From positions 79,669 to 143,668 of the forward strand of contig DATNGJ010000026.1 of the NCBI GenBank assembly GCA_035605915.1: a DNA stretch of 64,000 bases, written 5' to 3'. This DNA is from Usitatibacter sp. (GTDB lineage Bacteria; Pseudomonadota; Gammaproteobacteria; Burkholderiales; Usitatibacteraceae). The notes beneath the pieces are model-generated. The model saw nothing but the letters and a program-made list of their open reading frames with translations. It ran no database searches and had not been told where the DNA came from. Below are positions 52,308 to 61,032 of this stretch, one piece after another. The translations under genes and the position numbers were made by a program. Each line of letters opens with the position of its first letter. Within the stretch, counting starts at the first letter, position 1.

Positions 52308-53698
52308 TCTTCGACCGCGCCCCGGGAATCGGGCAGCAGCGCCGCCTCGCCCGTCGCGGGCTTCTTGCGGCCGCCGCGGCGACGGCGCTTCTTCTTCGGG
52401 CCGGCCTCGTCGCTCACGAGCATGCGCTCGCGCTCGTCGGGGCTCGCGTCCTGGAAGCGCTCCCACCACTGCGCGGCTTCCTGCGGCGCATTGGCGCTCG
52501 CGGCGCGCAACGCGAAGAAATCGTAGGCGGCACGGAAGCGCGGGTGCTCGAGCAGTCGATAGGGCCGCTGGCCGCCGCGCTGCAGGAAGCGCGGCTGCAT
52601 GAGCCAGAGCTCCTTCATCGTCGCGTCGAAGCGGCGCGGGATCGCGAGCGAGTCGCGCTGCGCGTCGAGCGCCTCGTGCATCGCCGAGTGCAGCGCCGGG
52701 ATGGTCGGCTGGCCCTTCTCCTCGAACTTGCGCAGGTTCTTCTCGACCCGGCCCCAGAGGAGCGCGGCGAGCAGGAACGCGGGAGACACGGGCTTCCCCG
52801 CGGCGAGGCGCTCGTCGGTCGCGCGCAGCGCGGCGAGCGCGAACGGGCCGGCCTCGGGATCGTCGAGCGCCGTGTCGAGCAGCGGGAGCAGCCCGTGGTG
52901 GAGCTGCAGCTCGCGCAGCACGCGGACGCACTCGACCGCGTTCCCGGAGAGCAGAAGCTTGAGGATCTCCTCGAAGAGCCGCGCGTGGGGCACGTTCTCG
53001 AGCAGGTGGCGCAGCTCCTGGATCGGCGCGCGCGTCTTCGGATCGATCTCGAGCCCGAGCTTCGCGGCGAGCCGCGCGGCACGCAGCATGCGCACCGGAT
53101 CCTCCCGGTAGCGCGTGGACGGGTCGCCGATCATCACGAGCCTCTTCGCCTTGAGGTCCTTCAGCCCGTGCACGTAGTCCCAGATCTCTTCCTTCACCGG
53201 GTCGTAGAAGAGCGCGTTCACGGTGAAGTCGCGGCGCAGCGCGTCCTCGGCCTGCGTCCCGAACACGTTGTCGGAGAGCATGCGGCCATGCTCGTCCGTA
53301 TGCTCGGCGTCGGGCTCGCGCGCGAAGTGGGCGCGGAAGGTGGAGACCTCCACGGTCTCCGGGCCGCACAACACGTGCACGATCTGGAAGCGCCGGCCGA
53401 TGATGCGCGAACGGCGGAAGGTCGCACGCACTTCCTCCGGCGTGGCGCTGGTAGCGACGTCGAAGTCCTTGGGCTTGCGGCCGAGGAGGAGGTCGCGCAC
53501 GGCGCCCCCGACCACGAACGCAGCATGCCCCGCGCGCTGCAACTCCTCGCACGTGCGCCGCGCGCAGCGGCTGATGTCCTCGCGCCGGATCTCGTGCTTG
53601 TCCGGCCCGTGGATCGTCGGCCGCGCATCCTTGTGGGTCGGGCGGCGCGAACGGCCGAAGAGCTTGTCGATGTATTTCTTGATCATTGTGTTCGTCAT
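52304..53698 (-). CDS. pcnB: Poly(A) polymerase I
   Basis: AGHAAFVVGGAVRDLLLGRKPKDFDVATSATPEEV...RFQIVHV...DALRRDFTVNAL.YD are the nucleotidyltransferase and PcnB motifs. The start is 53698 (ATGA overlap with the HAD stop) or 53686. Confidence 0.9.
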   Translation of the reverse strand: MTNTMIKKYIDKLFGRSRRPTHKDARPTIHGPDKHEIRREDISRCARRTCEELQRAGHAAFVVGGAVRDLLLGRKPKDFDVATSATPEEVRATFRRSRIIGRRFQIVHVLCGPETVEVSTFRAHFAREPDAEHTDEHGRMLSDNVFGTQAEDALRRDFTVNALFYDPVKEEIWDYVHGLKDLKAKRLVMIGDPSTRYREDPVRMLRAARLAAKLGLEIDPKTRAPIQELRHLLENVPHARLFEEILKLLLSGNAVECVRVLRELQLHHGLLPLLDTALDDPEAGPFALAALRATDERLAAGKPVSPAFLLAALLWGRVEKNLRKFEEKGQPTIPALHSAMHEALDAQRDSLAIPRRFDATMKELWLMQPRFLQRGGQRPYRLLEHPRFRAAYDFFALRAASANAPQEAAQWWERFQDASPDERERMLVSDEAGPKKKRRRRGGRKKPATGEAALLPDSRGAVEE

Positions 53699-53745
53699 CC
53701 CCGTGAAGACGGGGATCCATGGATTCCCGCCTCCGCGGGAACGAC
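53694..53745. repeat. Pair of REP-like hairpins in opposite orientation
   Basis: GTCATCCCCG-TGAAGA-CGGGGATC is at 53694-53717. GATTCCCGC-CTCC-GCGGGAACGAC, in reverse orientation, is at 53722-53745. The pair spans the HAD stop / pcnB start junction. Confidence 0.8.
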
Positions 53746-54480
53746 ATCGTCGTCGTTCTCCTCGAGCGAGATCACCGGCCACCCGAGCGCCAGCGCCCTC
53801 GCGCGGAGCGTCGCGTCGGGATCCACCGCGACCGGATGCGTCACGCGCTCGAGGAGCGGCAGATCGTTCAGCGAGTCGCTGTAGAACCAGCTCTCGAAGT
53901 CCTCCAGGCGCCGTCCCATCGCCCCGAGCCACTCCTCCACGCGCGTGATCTTTCCCTCGCGGAACGATGGGGTGCCGAGCGGCTTCCCGGTGAACTCGCC
54001 GTCGAGCTCCTCGAGGTCGGTGGCGACCAGGTGCTCGATGCCGAGCTCGCGGGCGATCGGCGCGGTGATGAAGCGGTTGGTGGCGGTCACGAGCGCCCGC
54101 AGTCCGTCGGCGTGGCGCGCGATGAGGTCCGCGGCGCGCGCATGGATCATGGGCCGGATCTTCCTCTGCATGAATTCCTCGTGCCAGGCGTCGAGCTCCG
54201 CGCGCCGGTGCGCGGCGAGCGGCGCGAGCTGGAATTCGAGGAACTCGTGGATGTCGAGCGTGCCGTCCTTGTAGCGCTCGAAGAACCACTGGTTCTTCGG
54301 ATGGAATTCCTGCGGATGCAGCACGCCCTCCTCGATCAGGAACTCCGCCCAGGAGACGTCGCTGTCGCCGTCGAGCAGCGTGTGGTCGAGGTCGAAGAGC
54401 GCCAATTTCGGGCGGTCGCTCATGGGAAGACCGCGCCCCGCGTTTGCTCCGTCTGCCTTGGGAGAGGGTTGTTTCGTCAT
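53695..54480 (-). CDS. HAD-superfamily (subfamily IB, SerB-like) hydrolase
   Basis: DxDxT motif LFDLDHTLLDGDS, with ...TATNRFI... and ...SDSLNDLPLL.... The start is 54480 (ATGA overlap with the hda stop) or 54423. The C-terminal tail lies in a REP element. Confidence 0.8.
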   Translation of the reverse strand: MTKQPSPKADGANAGRGLPMSDRPKLALFDLDHTLLDGDSDVSWAEFLIEEGVLHPQEFHPKNQWFFERYKDGTLDIHEFLEFQLAPLAAHRRAELDAWHEEFMQRKIRPMIHARAADLIARHADGLRALVTATNRFITAPIARELGIEHLVATDLEELDGEFTGKPLGTPSFREGKITRVEEWLGAMGRRLEDFESWFYSDSLNDLPLLERVTHPVAVDPDATLRARALALGWPVISLEENDDDVVPAEAGIHGSPSSRG

Positions 54481-55112
54481 GCGAGCGCCGCTTTCAATAG
54501 CGGCACCGTGATCGGCCGCCCGGTCTCGAGCGAATAGCGGTCGAGCGAATCGAGCGCGGCCATGAGCGAGCCCATGTCGCGGCGCCCGTGCGTAAGGAGA
54601 TACGCGCCCACCTCGTCGGCGAGCGCGAAGCCGCGCACGCGGGCATGGGCGGCGAGCGCCGCGTGCTTCTCTTCGTCGGTGAGCGCGAGCACCCGGTAGG
54701 TGAGGCCGGTGGCGAGGCGGGTCGCGAGGTCGCGGCGCAGCGCGACGTCGCGCGGCGCGGCTCCGGCGGACACGACGAGGAGCCTGAACGCCCGTTCGTT
54801 GAACGCGTTGAAGAGCGCGACCTGCAGCGCCTCGGCAAGCCGCTCCACGTCGTCGAGCGCGAGCACGCCGCGCGCGTCCTCGGGCACGAACTTTTCGCCC
54901 GGCACGTAGCGCGCGCCCCCGGCCGCGGCGAAGGCCTGCAGCAGGTGGGTCTTGCCGGCGGCGTTTTCGCCCCAAATATAGATGACACGCTCGGCGCATT
55001 CGCCGCGCGCGGCCGCCTCCAGGGCGTGCGCCGCCTCGGCGTTGCCGCCATGGACGAAGTTCGCGAAGGTGGGCGCGGGCGCCCGTGTGAAGTCGAGGAG
55101 GAGCTGCCTCAT
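54477..55112 (-). CDS. hda: DnaA regulatory inactivator Hda
   Basis: MRQLLLDF....TFANFV.G.N.........IYIWGENAAGKTHLLQA... is the Hda N-terminal pattern with an AAA+ P-loop. 211 aa. Confidence 0.85.
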   Translation of the reverse strand: MRQLLLDFTRAPAPTFANFVHGGNAEAAHALEAAARGECAERVIYIWGENAAGKTHLLQAFAAAGGARYVPGEKFVPEDARGVLALDDVERLAEALQVALFNAFNERAFRLLVVSAGAAPRDVALRRDLATRLATGLTYRVLALTDEEKHAALAAHARVRGFALADEVGAYLLTHGRRDMGSLMAALDSLDRYSLETGRPITVPLLKAALA

Positions 55113-55270
55113 TGGGATTTCCCAGGGCCTGCGCCGCCTCGCGGGGTCCCCACGAAGGTGGGGTTCGTATCGATGGTCCCGCCGGCCGGCTTGGCCCGGG
55201 CGCGTCCCGGTAAAAGCCGGGGCGACAAGGACGCGATTTTAGCATGGCGACCATGCCTTAGAATCGACCG

Positions 55271-56359
55271 ATGGCGATCGCACAACCCATCCAGATCCGC
55301 TTCGAGCGCTATTCCGGCGACATCGGCATCGCACCGGCGCAGCCGCCGCGCGTCGTGTCCGCCGGGGAACGGCCCGCGCTCGTCGCGAAGGCGAAGAAGC
55401 TGCTGAAGCAACGCGACGCGGTGCTCGTCTCGCACTACTACGTCCACCCGGACCTGCAGGACCTCGCGCAGGAAACCGGCGGCACCGTCTCCGATTCGCT
55501 CGAGATGGCGCGCTTCGGCCACGAGCACGCGGCGAAGACGATCGTCGTGGCGGGCGTGCGCTTCATGGGCGAGACCGCGAAGATCCTCAATCCCGAGAAG
55601 CGCGTGCTGATGCCCGACCTCGCGGCCGAATGCTCGCTCGACCTCGCGACCCCGGCAGGCGAGTTCGCGAAGTTCTGCGATGCGCATCCGGACCGCGTGG
55701 TGGTCGTCTATGCGAACACGAGCGCCGAGGTGAAGGCGCGCGCGGACTGGATGGTGACCTCCTCGATCGCCGAGAAGATCGTCGGGTGGCTGCACGCGCA
55801 GGGCAGGAAGGTCCTGTGGGCGCCCGACAAGCACCTCGGCGACTACGTGCAGCGCGTGACCGGCGCGGACATGCTCATGTGGAACGCCTCGTGCGTCGTG
55901 CACGACGAGTTCAAGGCGATCCAGCTGGAGGAGCTGAAGGCGCTGCACCCGAAGGCGAAGGTGCTCGTGCACCCGGAATCGCCGCGGAGCGTGATCGCGC
56001 TCGCCGACGCGGTGGGCTCGACCACCGGCATCATCCAGGCGGCCGAGCGCCTCGGCGCGAAGGAGTACATCGTCGCGACCGACGGCGGAATCCTCCACCA
56101 GATGAGGAAGCGCCTGCCCGGCGTCACGTTCATCGAGGCGCCCACCGCGGGCAAGGGCGCCACCTGCCAGAGCTGCGCGCACTGCCCGTGGATGGCGATG
56201 AACGGCCTCTACAACCTCATCGAGACGCTCGAAGGCGCGCCGGGGCACGAGGTGTTCGTCGACGCGGATGTCGCCCGGCGTGCGCGCGTGCCGATCGAGC
56301 GCATGCTCGAGTTCGCGACGAAGAACCTGCCGACGTTCCGCGGCAGCGGCGACGCCTGA
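55271..56359 (+). CDS. nadA: Quinolinate synthase
   Basis: VSHYY..PDLQ...[13 protein letters not shown]......[29 protein letters not shown]...CVVH.EF....HPESP...[11 protein letters not shown] are NadA motifs, including the cluster cysteines. Confidence 0.95.
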   Translation: MAIAQPIQIRFERYSGDIGIAPAQPPRVVSAGERPALVAKAKKLLKQRDAVLVSHYYVHPDLQDLAQETGGTVSDSLEMARFGHEHAAKTIVVAGVRFMGETAKILNPEKRVLMPDLAAECSLDLATPAGEFAKFCDAHPDRVVVVYANTSAEVKARADWMVTSSIAEKIVGWLHAQGRKVLWAPDKHLGDYVQRVTGADMLMWNASCVVHDEFKAIQLEELKALHPKAKVLVHPESPRSVIALADAVGSTTGIIQAAERLGAKEYIVATDGGILHQMRKRLPGVTFIEAPTAGKGATCQSCAHCPWMAMNGLYNLIETLEGAPGHEVFVDADVARRARVPIERMLEFATKNLPTFRGSGDA

Positions 56360-56533
56360 TTCCTTCCTGTCCGAAAACTGTCTCGCGCGCCTGACGCGCG
56401 TCAAGGATCGTTCCCGTTTCGCGCGGGCATGATCCGGGCGAGCCATCCCGATCGGAATACGGGACGCTCATACTTGGAAGGGAAAGCAAGCCGTCCCGCA
56501 ATTCTCCGCACCGACTCCCAAAAAGCTACCTCC

Positions 56534-57853
56534 GTGAATCAGGATTCACAGCGCGTGGCCGCGCCACAGGCCTCCTTTATCTCCAATCGTTGGGTCCAGC
56601 TCGCCATCGGCATCCTCTGCATGGCGCTCGTCGCGAACCTGCAGTACGGATGGACCCTGTTCGTGAACCCGATGAAAGCGGCGCACCCCGATTGGCAAAA
56701 GGCCGGCATCCAGCTGGCCTTTTCCATTTTCGTGGTCGTCGAAACCTGGCTCGTGCCGGTCGAGGGCTGGCTCGTGGACCGCTTCGGCCCGCGCCCGGTG
56801 GTCGCCGTAGGCGCCGTGTTCGTGGCTCTCGCGTGGATCCTCGATTCGATGGCGGCGAGCCTGCCGATGCTCTACGCGGGCGCAGTTCTCGCGGGCCTCG
56901 GCGCCGGTTGCGTCTACGGCACCTGCGTCGGAAACGCGCTCAAGTGGTTTCCCGACCGGCGCGGGCTTGCCGCCGGCCTCACCGCCGCGGGCTTCGGTGC
57001 GGGCGCCGCGCTCACGGTGATCCCGATCGCGCGCATGATCCGCACCTCGGGCTACCAGGGGACGTTCTTCACCTTCGCGCTGATCCAGGGCATCGCGATC
57101 TTCGTGCTCGCGATGCTCCTGCTGCGTCCCGTCGCGCCGAAGGGCGTCAAGGCCAGCTCGCGCAACATCCAGGGCCGGCGCGATTTCACGCCGCGCGAGA
57201 TGATGAAGACGCCGGTGTTCTGGCTGCTCTACGCCATCTTCGTCGCGGTGGCCGCCGGCGGCCTCATCGCCACGGCCCAGATCGGGCCGATCGCCAAGGA
57301 CTACGGCGTCGCGGCGGAGCACTTCAAGGTATTCGGCCTGATGATGCCGCTCCTCACGCTCACGCTCTCGATCGACAGCCTCGCCAACGGGTTCACGCGC
57401 CCGCTGTGCGGATTCATCTCCGACAGGATCGGGCGCGAGAACACCATGTTCCTCGTGTTCCTCGGCGAGGGCCTGGCGCTGCTGGGCCTGCTGCACTTCG
57501 GCCACGAGCCGCTCGCGTTCATGGTCTTCGCGCCGCTGATCTTCCTCTTCTGGGGCGAGATCTACTCGATCTTCCCGGCGGTTTGCGCGGACACCTTCGG
57601 CACGCGCAACGCCGCGGCCAACGCCGGCACGCTGTACACCGCGAAGGGCACCGCCTCGCTCCTCGTGCCGCTCGCCTCGGTGCTCTCGCGCGGCGGCAAC
57701 TGGTCGGCTGTGTTCTACTTCTCCGCGGCCATCTGCATCGCCGCCGCGATCACCGCGCGCTTCCTGTTGAAGCCCGTGCGCGAGCGCTATCTCGGCGGGC
57801 TCGCGCCGGCGAGCGTGGAAACGAACGGGATCGCGGGCGCGGCCGCGGATTAG
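56534..57853 (+). CDS. MFS transporter, oxalate/formate antiporter (OFA) family
   Basis: ..NRWVQLAIGILCMALVANLQYGWTLFV... is the OFA N-terminal signature. 12 TMS. The start is uncertain: GTG at 56534 is preferred, and ATG at 56429 is possible. Confidence 0.75.
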   Translation: MNQDSQRVAAPQASFISNRWVQLAIGILCMALVANLQYGWTLFVNPMKAAHPDWQKAGIQLAFSIFVVVETWLVPVEGWLVDRFGPRPVVAVGAVFVALAWILDSMAASLPMLYAGAVLAGLGAGCVYGTCVGNALKWFPDRRGLAAGLTAAGFGAGAALTVIPIARMIRTSGYQGTFFTFALIQGIAIFVLAMLLLRPVAPKGVKASSRNIQGRRDFTPREMMKTPVFWLLYAIFVAVAAGGLIATAQIGPIAKDYGVAAEHFKVFGLMMPLLTLTLSIDSLANGFTRPLCGFISDRIGRENTMFLVFLGEGLALLGLLHFGHEPLAFMVFAPLIFLFWGEIYSIFPAVCADTFGTRNAAANAGTLYTAKGTASLLVPLASVLSRGGNWSAVFYFSAAICIAAAITARFLLKPVRERYLGGLAPASVETNGIAGAAAD

Positions 57854-57862
57854 GAAGCGACC

Positions 57863-57897
57863 CGCTCCCCGGCCCTACCCCAAGGGGGAGCGAGGCC
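57863..57897. repeat. C/G-run hairpin of the C5/G5 family between convergent genes
   Basis: CGCTCCCC (57863-57870) pairs with GGGGAGCG (57885-92). The reverse complement of 57868-57906 aligns with 36601-36635. Confidence 0.5.
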
Positions 57898-57898
57898 T

Positions 57899-58081
57899 TC
57901 AGCCCTCGCGGTAGCGGCGCGCGGCCTCGCGCAGGAAGCGCAGTTGCGCCTCGAAATTCACGCACATGAGGCACTCGTCGAGGTGGCGGCGCAGCGCGAT
58001 GCGCTCCTCCTCGCGGAGCGCGCGCTCGAGCGCGAGCGAGAGGAGGCGCGCCCGCCCGAGCCCGGCACGCGCCCGAGGCAT
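57899..58081 (-). CDS. Short ZAS-motif (zf-HC2) anti-sigma-like ORF (60 aa)
   Basis: ...LALERALREEERIALRRHLDECLMCVNFEAQLRFL... contains H-x3-C-x2-C at the expected distance from the N-terminus. The ATG at 58081 lies 60 nt downstream of the sigma TAG, in a different frame. Confidence 0.45.
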   Translation of the reverse strand: MPRARAGLGRARLLSLALERALREEERIALRRHLDECLMCVNFEAQLRFLREAARRYREG

Positions 58082-58140
58082 CGCTCGAACACTTCGCGGA
58101 AGCGGCGCTGCTCGAAGGCCGCCTCGGGATCGGCCCACGC

Positions 58141-58506
58141 CTAGGGCGGATCGCGCCAGTGGCCGGTCTCGTCGAAGAGCTCGTCGAGCCAGGCCTCGCC
58201 ATCCACGCCGCCCGCATCCTCGAAGCGCGCACGCTCCTGCACCGCGCGCCGCTGGTGATCCGCGATCTTGAAGCGCAGGATCGAGGTGAGCCAGGTGCGC
58301 AGGGTCGACTGTCCCTGGAAAGAGCCGAGCGCCTCGAGCGCGGCGAGGAGCGCCTCCTGCACGACTTCCTCGACGGCTTGCGCGTCGCGAAGCTGCGCGC
58401 GCGCGTAGCGCACGAGATACGGTCGATGGCCCTCGATTTCCGCGAAGCGCGCGTGCGCCGTCGGCATCTCGCTCATGGTCGGCATGGTACATCGCGGGCC
58501 GGCCAT
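58141..58506 (-). CDS. ECF sigma-70 factor, region 2 only; ends at an in-frame TAG and has no region 4 (probable pseudogene)
   Basis: RPYLVRYARAQLRDAQAVEEVVQEALLAALEALGSFQGQSTLRTWLTSILRFKIADHQRR is sigma region 2. After the TAG the same frame continues AWADPEAAFEQRRFREVFERCLGRVP, which is the family linker. No HTH region 4 exists in any frame. Confidence 0.55.
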   Translation of the reverse strand: MAGPRCTMPTMSEMPTAHARFAEIEGHRPYLVRYARAQLRDAQAVEEVVQEALLAALEALGSFQGQSTLRTWLTSILRFKIADHQRRAVQERARFEDAGGVDGEAWLDELFDETGHWRDPP

Positions 58507-58542
58507 CTATCATTGCGCATCTTCCCAACCGGAACCCGCCAC

Positions 58543-59252
58543 ATGGGTTCATCGCGGCCGCTTCGGGGGCTCGTCCTGCTGGCATCGCTCGCAGTGAGCG
58601 TTTGCGCGTACGCCGAGGACGATCTCGACACGTACTACGCCTCCGATCCGGACCGCTGGGGGGCGCCGCACGTGGCGGTCGCTCCCGAGTACCCTGCCGA
58701 TGCCCTCGAGAAGCGGGTGACCGGCGTCGTCAAGGTGAGCGGCATCGTGGCGCCGACCGGCCAGCTCGAGGCAATCTCGTACTCGGTCGAGCCGCCTTCC
58801 GCGACCGAGTTCGTGGCGGCCGTGAAGGAGGTGATCGGCCACTGGCTCTTCTACACGCCGATCGGCAAGGACTGCATGCCGAGCGAGCAGCCGGTGTCTG
58901 GTTCGAGATCCGCGACGGGACGCCGCACATCAGCGTTTCGCGCGCCTCGGTGCCACCGCGCCCCCCGCGCGCTTCATGGGTGAAGCCGATCCTCGCGAGC
59001 GAGATCCGCTATCCGCGGCGAATGATCCGGCAGGGGCTGGATGCCCAGGTCTATGCGCGGCTCGAGGTGGACGCAGCTGGAAGCGTCCGGGAGGCCGACG
59101 CGAAGGCGTGGCCACGATCCGAATGGATCGACATGAGCGATTTCGAGGACGAAACGAAGCGCGCGCTCGCGCAATACACCTTTCCACCCGCGCCGCAGGG
59201 CAAGAGCGGCAAACGCATCGTCTGCTACAGCGTCATCTTCCGGCTCCATTGA
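58543..59252 (+). pseudogene. Secreted protein with two TonB_C-like domains, interrupted by a frameshift near 58893-58899
   Basis: It has a signal peptide (..LLASLAVSVCAYA). Domain 1 is APEYPADALEKRVTGVVKV...GHWLFYTP, in frame 1. The reading then continues only in frame 0 (VWFEIRDG...), into domain 2: IRYPRRMIRQGLDAQVYARLEVDAAG...ALAQYTFPP. Confidence 0.6.
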
Positions 59253-59340
59253 CGCCGCCGCATCCATCCGGCGCTCGTGAAGCAGGGCGTTCGGGGGGTA
59301 AATCGGATAAAATTTCCCCTCTGAATCAGACGGATCGGCC

Positions 59341-60381
59341 GTGAACGCGCCTACCCCCCTCACCTACCGCGAAGCCGGCGTCGACATCGACGCGGGCGAC
59401 GCCCTCGTCGAGCGCATCAAGCCCTTCGCGCGGCGCACGCTGCGCCCCGAAGTGCTGGGCGGCATCGGCGGCTTCGGCGCGCTGGTGGAGGTCTCGAAGA
59501 AGTACCAGCAGCCGGTGATGGTCTCGGGCACCGACGGCGTCGGCACGAAGCTCAAGCTCGCCTTCCGCATGAAGAAGCACGACACCATCGGCATCGACCT
59601 CGTGGCGATGAGCGTGAACGACATCCTCGTCTCGGGCGCGGAGCCGATCTTCTTCCTCGACTACTTCGCCTGCGGCAAGCTCGACGTGGACGTCGCCGAA
59701 TCGGTCGTGAAGGGCATCGCCGAGGGCTGCGAGCAGGCGGGCTGCGCGCTGATCGGCGGCGAGACCGCGGAGATGCCGGGGATGTACGACCCGAACGAGT
59801 ACGACCTCGCCGGATTCGCCGTGGGCCTCGTGGAGAAATCGAAGATCCTCGACGGCTCGAAGATCGCCGCGGGCGACGTCGTGATCGGCCTCGCCTCGAG
59901 CGGCCCGCATTCCAACGGCTATTCGCTCGTGCGCAAGGTGCTCGCGGTGAGCGGCGCCGACCTCTACGAGAGCTTCGACGAGGAGCGCACGCTCGGCCAG
60001 GCGCTGCTCGAGCCGACGCGCATCTACGTGAAGCCGGTGCTCGCGGTGATGGCGAAGGTGGCGCTCAAGGGCGTGGCACACATCACGGGCGGCGGGCTCA
60101 CGGAGAACATTCCGCGCATCCTGCCGCAAGGCACCTGCGCCCGCCTCGATTCGAGCCGCTGGGCGCGGCCCGCGATCTTCCGCTGGCTGCAGCGCCACGG
60201 CGGCGTCGACGAGGCCGAGATGCTGCGCACGTTCAACTGCGGCATCGGCATGGTCGTGGTCGTCGCGCGTTCCGATGCGAAGCCGGCGATCGACGCCTTC
60301 GCCGCGGCGGGCGTCGAGGCTTTCGAGGTGGGCGCGATCGCCGAGCGTGCGTCCGGCGCGCCCGCGACCACGGTCGCCTGA
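59341..60381 (+). CDS. purM: Phosphoribosylformylglycinamidine cyclo-ligase (AIR synthetase)
   Basis: GTG start. [21 protein letters not shown]...GGFGAL......[10 protein letters not shown]...[10 protein letters not shown]...GGETAEMPG...HITGGG are PurM motifs. Confidence 0.95.
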   Translation: MNAPTPLTYREAGVDIDAGDALVERIKPFARRTLRPEVLGGIGGFGALVEVSKKYQQPVMVSGTDGVGTKLKLAFRMKKHDTIGIDLVAMSVNDILVSGAEPIFFLDYFACGKLDVDVAESVVKGIAEGCEQAGCALIGGETAEMPGMYDPNEYDLAGFAVGLVEKSKILDGSKIAAGDVVIGLASSGPHSNGYSLVRKVLAVSGADLYESFDEERTLGQALLEPTRIYVKPVLAVMAKVALKGVAHITGGGLTENIPRILPQGTCARLDSSRWARPAIFRWLQRHGGVDEAEMLRTFNCGIGMVVVVARSDAKPAIDAFAAAGVEAFEVGAIAERASGAPATTVA

Positions 60382-60390
60382 GACCGCGCG

Positions 60391-61032
60391 GTGGCCTCGG
60401 CCGTCATCCTCGTCTCCGGCCGGGGCAGCAACATGCGCGCGATCGTCGAGGCGCGCACCGGCATGGAAGTGCGCGCGGTGATCTCCAACCGTCCCGAGGC
60501 GCCCGCGCTCGCATGGGCCGGGCAACACGGGATCGCGACGCGCACGCTGGACCATCGCGAGTTCGACTCGCGCGAGGCCTTCGACGAGCGCCTCGCGCTT
60601 GAAATCGAGCGGCTGCATCCCGATTTCGTGCTGCTCGCCGGCTTCATGCGCATCTTCACCAACCAATTCGTAGGACGCTTCGAACGACGCATGCTGAACA
60701 TCCACCCCTCGCTGCTGCCCGCATTTCCCGGATTGCACACGCATCGCCAGGCGCTCGCCGCCGGCGCGAAGCTGCACGGGGCAACGGTGCACTTCGTCAC
60801 CGCCGCTCTCGACAACGGGCCGATCGTGGCCCAGGGCGCGGTGCCGGTGCTCGCCTCGGACACCGAGGAGACGCTCGCCGGGCGCGTGCTCGCGGTGGAG
60901 CATCGCATCTACCCGCAGGCGGTGCGCTGGCTCGCCGAGGGGCGCGTCGAATTCGTCGCCCCCGACGTCGTCCAGGTGCGCGGGTCGGGCGTTTCAACCG
61001 ATTGGATCGTCTCACCGCGGAATCCCGAATGA
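60391..61032 (+). CDS. purN: Phosphoribosylglycinamide formyltransferase
   Basis: GTG start. VILVSGRGSNMRAI...LAGFMRI......MLNIHPSLLPAFPG...GATVHFV...LDNGPI are PurN motifs. Confidence 0.9.
   Translation: MASAVILVSGRGSNMRAIVEARTGMEVRAVISNRPEAPALAWAGQHGIATRTLDHREFDSREAFDERLALEIERLHPDFVLLAGFMRIFTNQFVGRFERRMLNIHPSLLPAFPGLHTHRQALAAGAKLHGATVHFVTAALDNGPIVAQGAVPVLASDTEETLAGRVLAVEHRIYPQAVRWLAEGRVEFVAPDVVQVRGSGVSTDWIVSPRNPE

Noticed and set aside
58141-58143. The in-frame TAG in the ECF sigma, considered as programmed read-through or recoding (for example pyrrolysine or suppression).
   Set aside because: There is no pyl machinery or recoding signal. Even with read-through the frame yields no region 4 and terminates after about 60 more codons. 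A nonsense mutation plus a deletion, or a sequencing error, is the simpler explanation.
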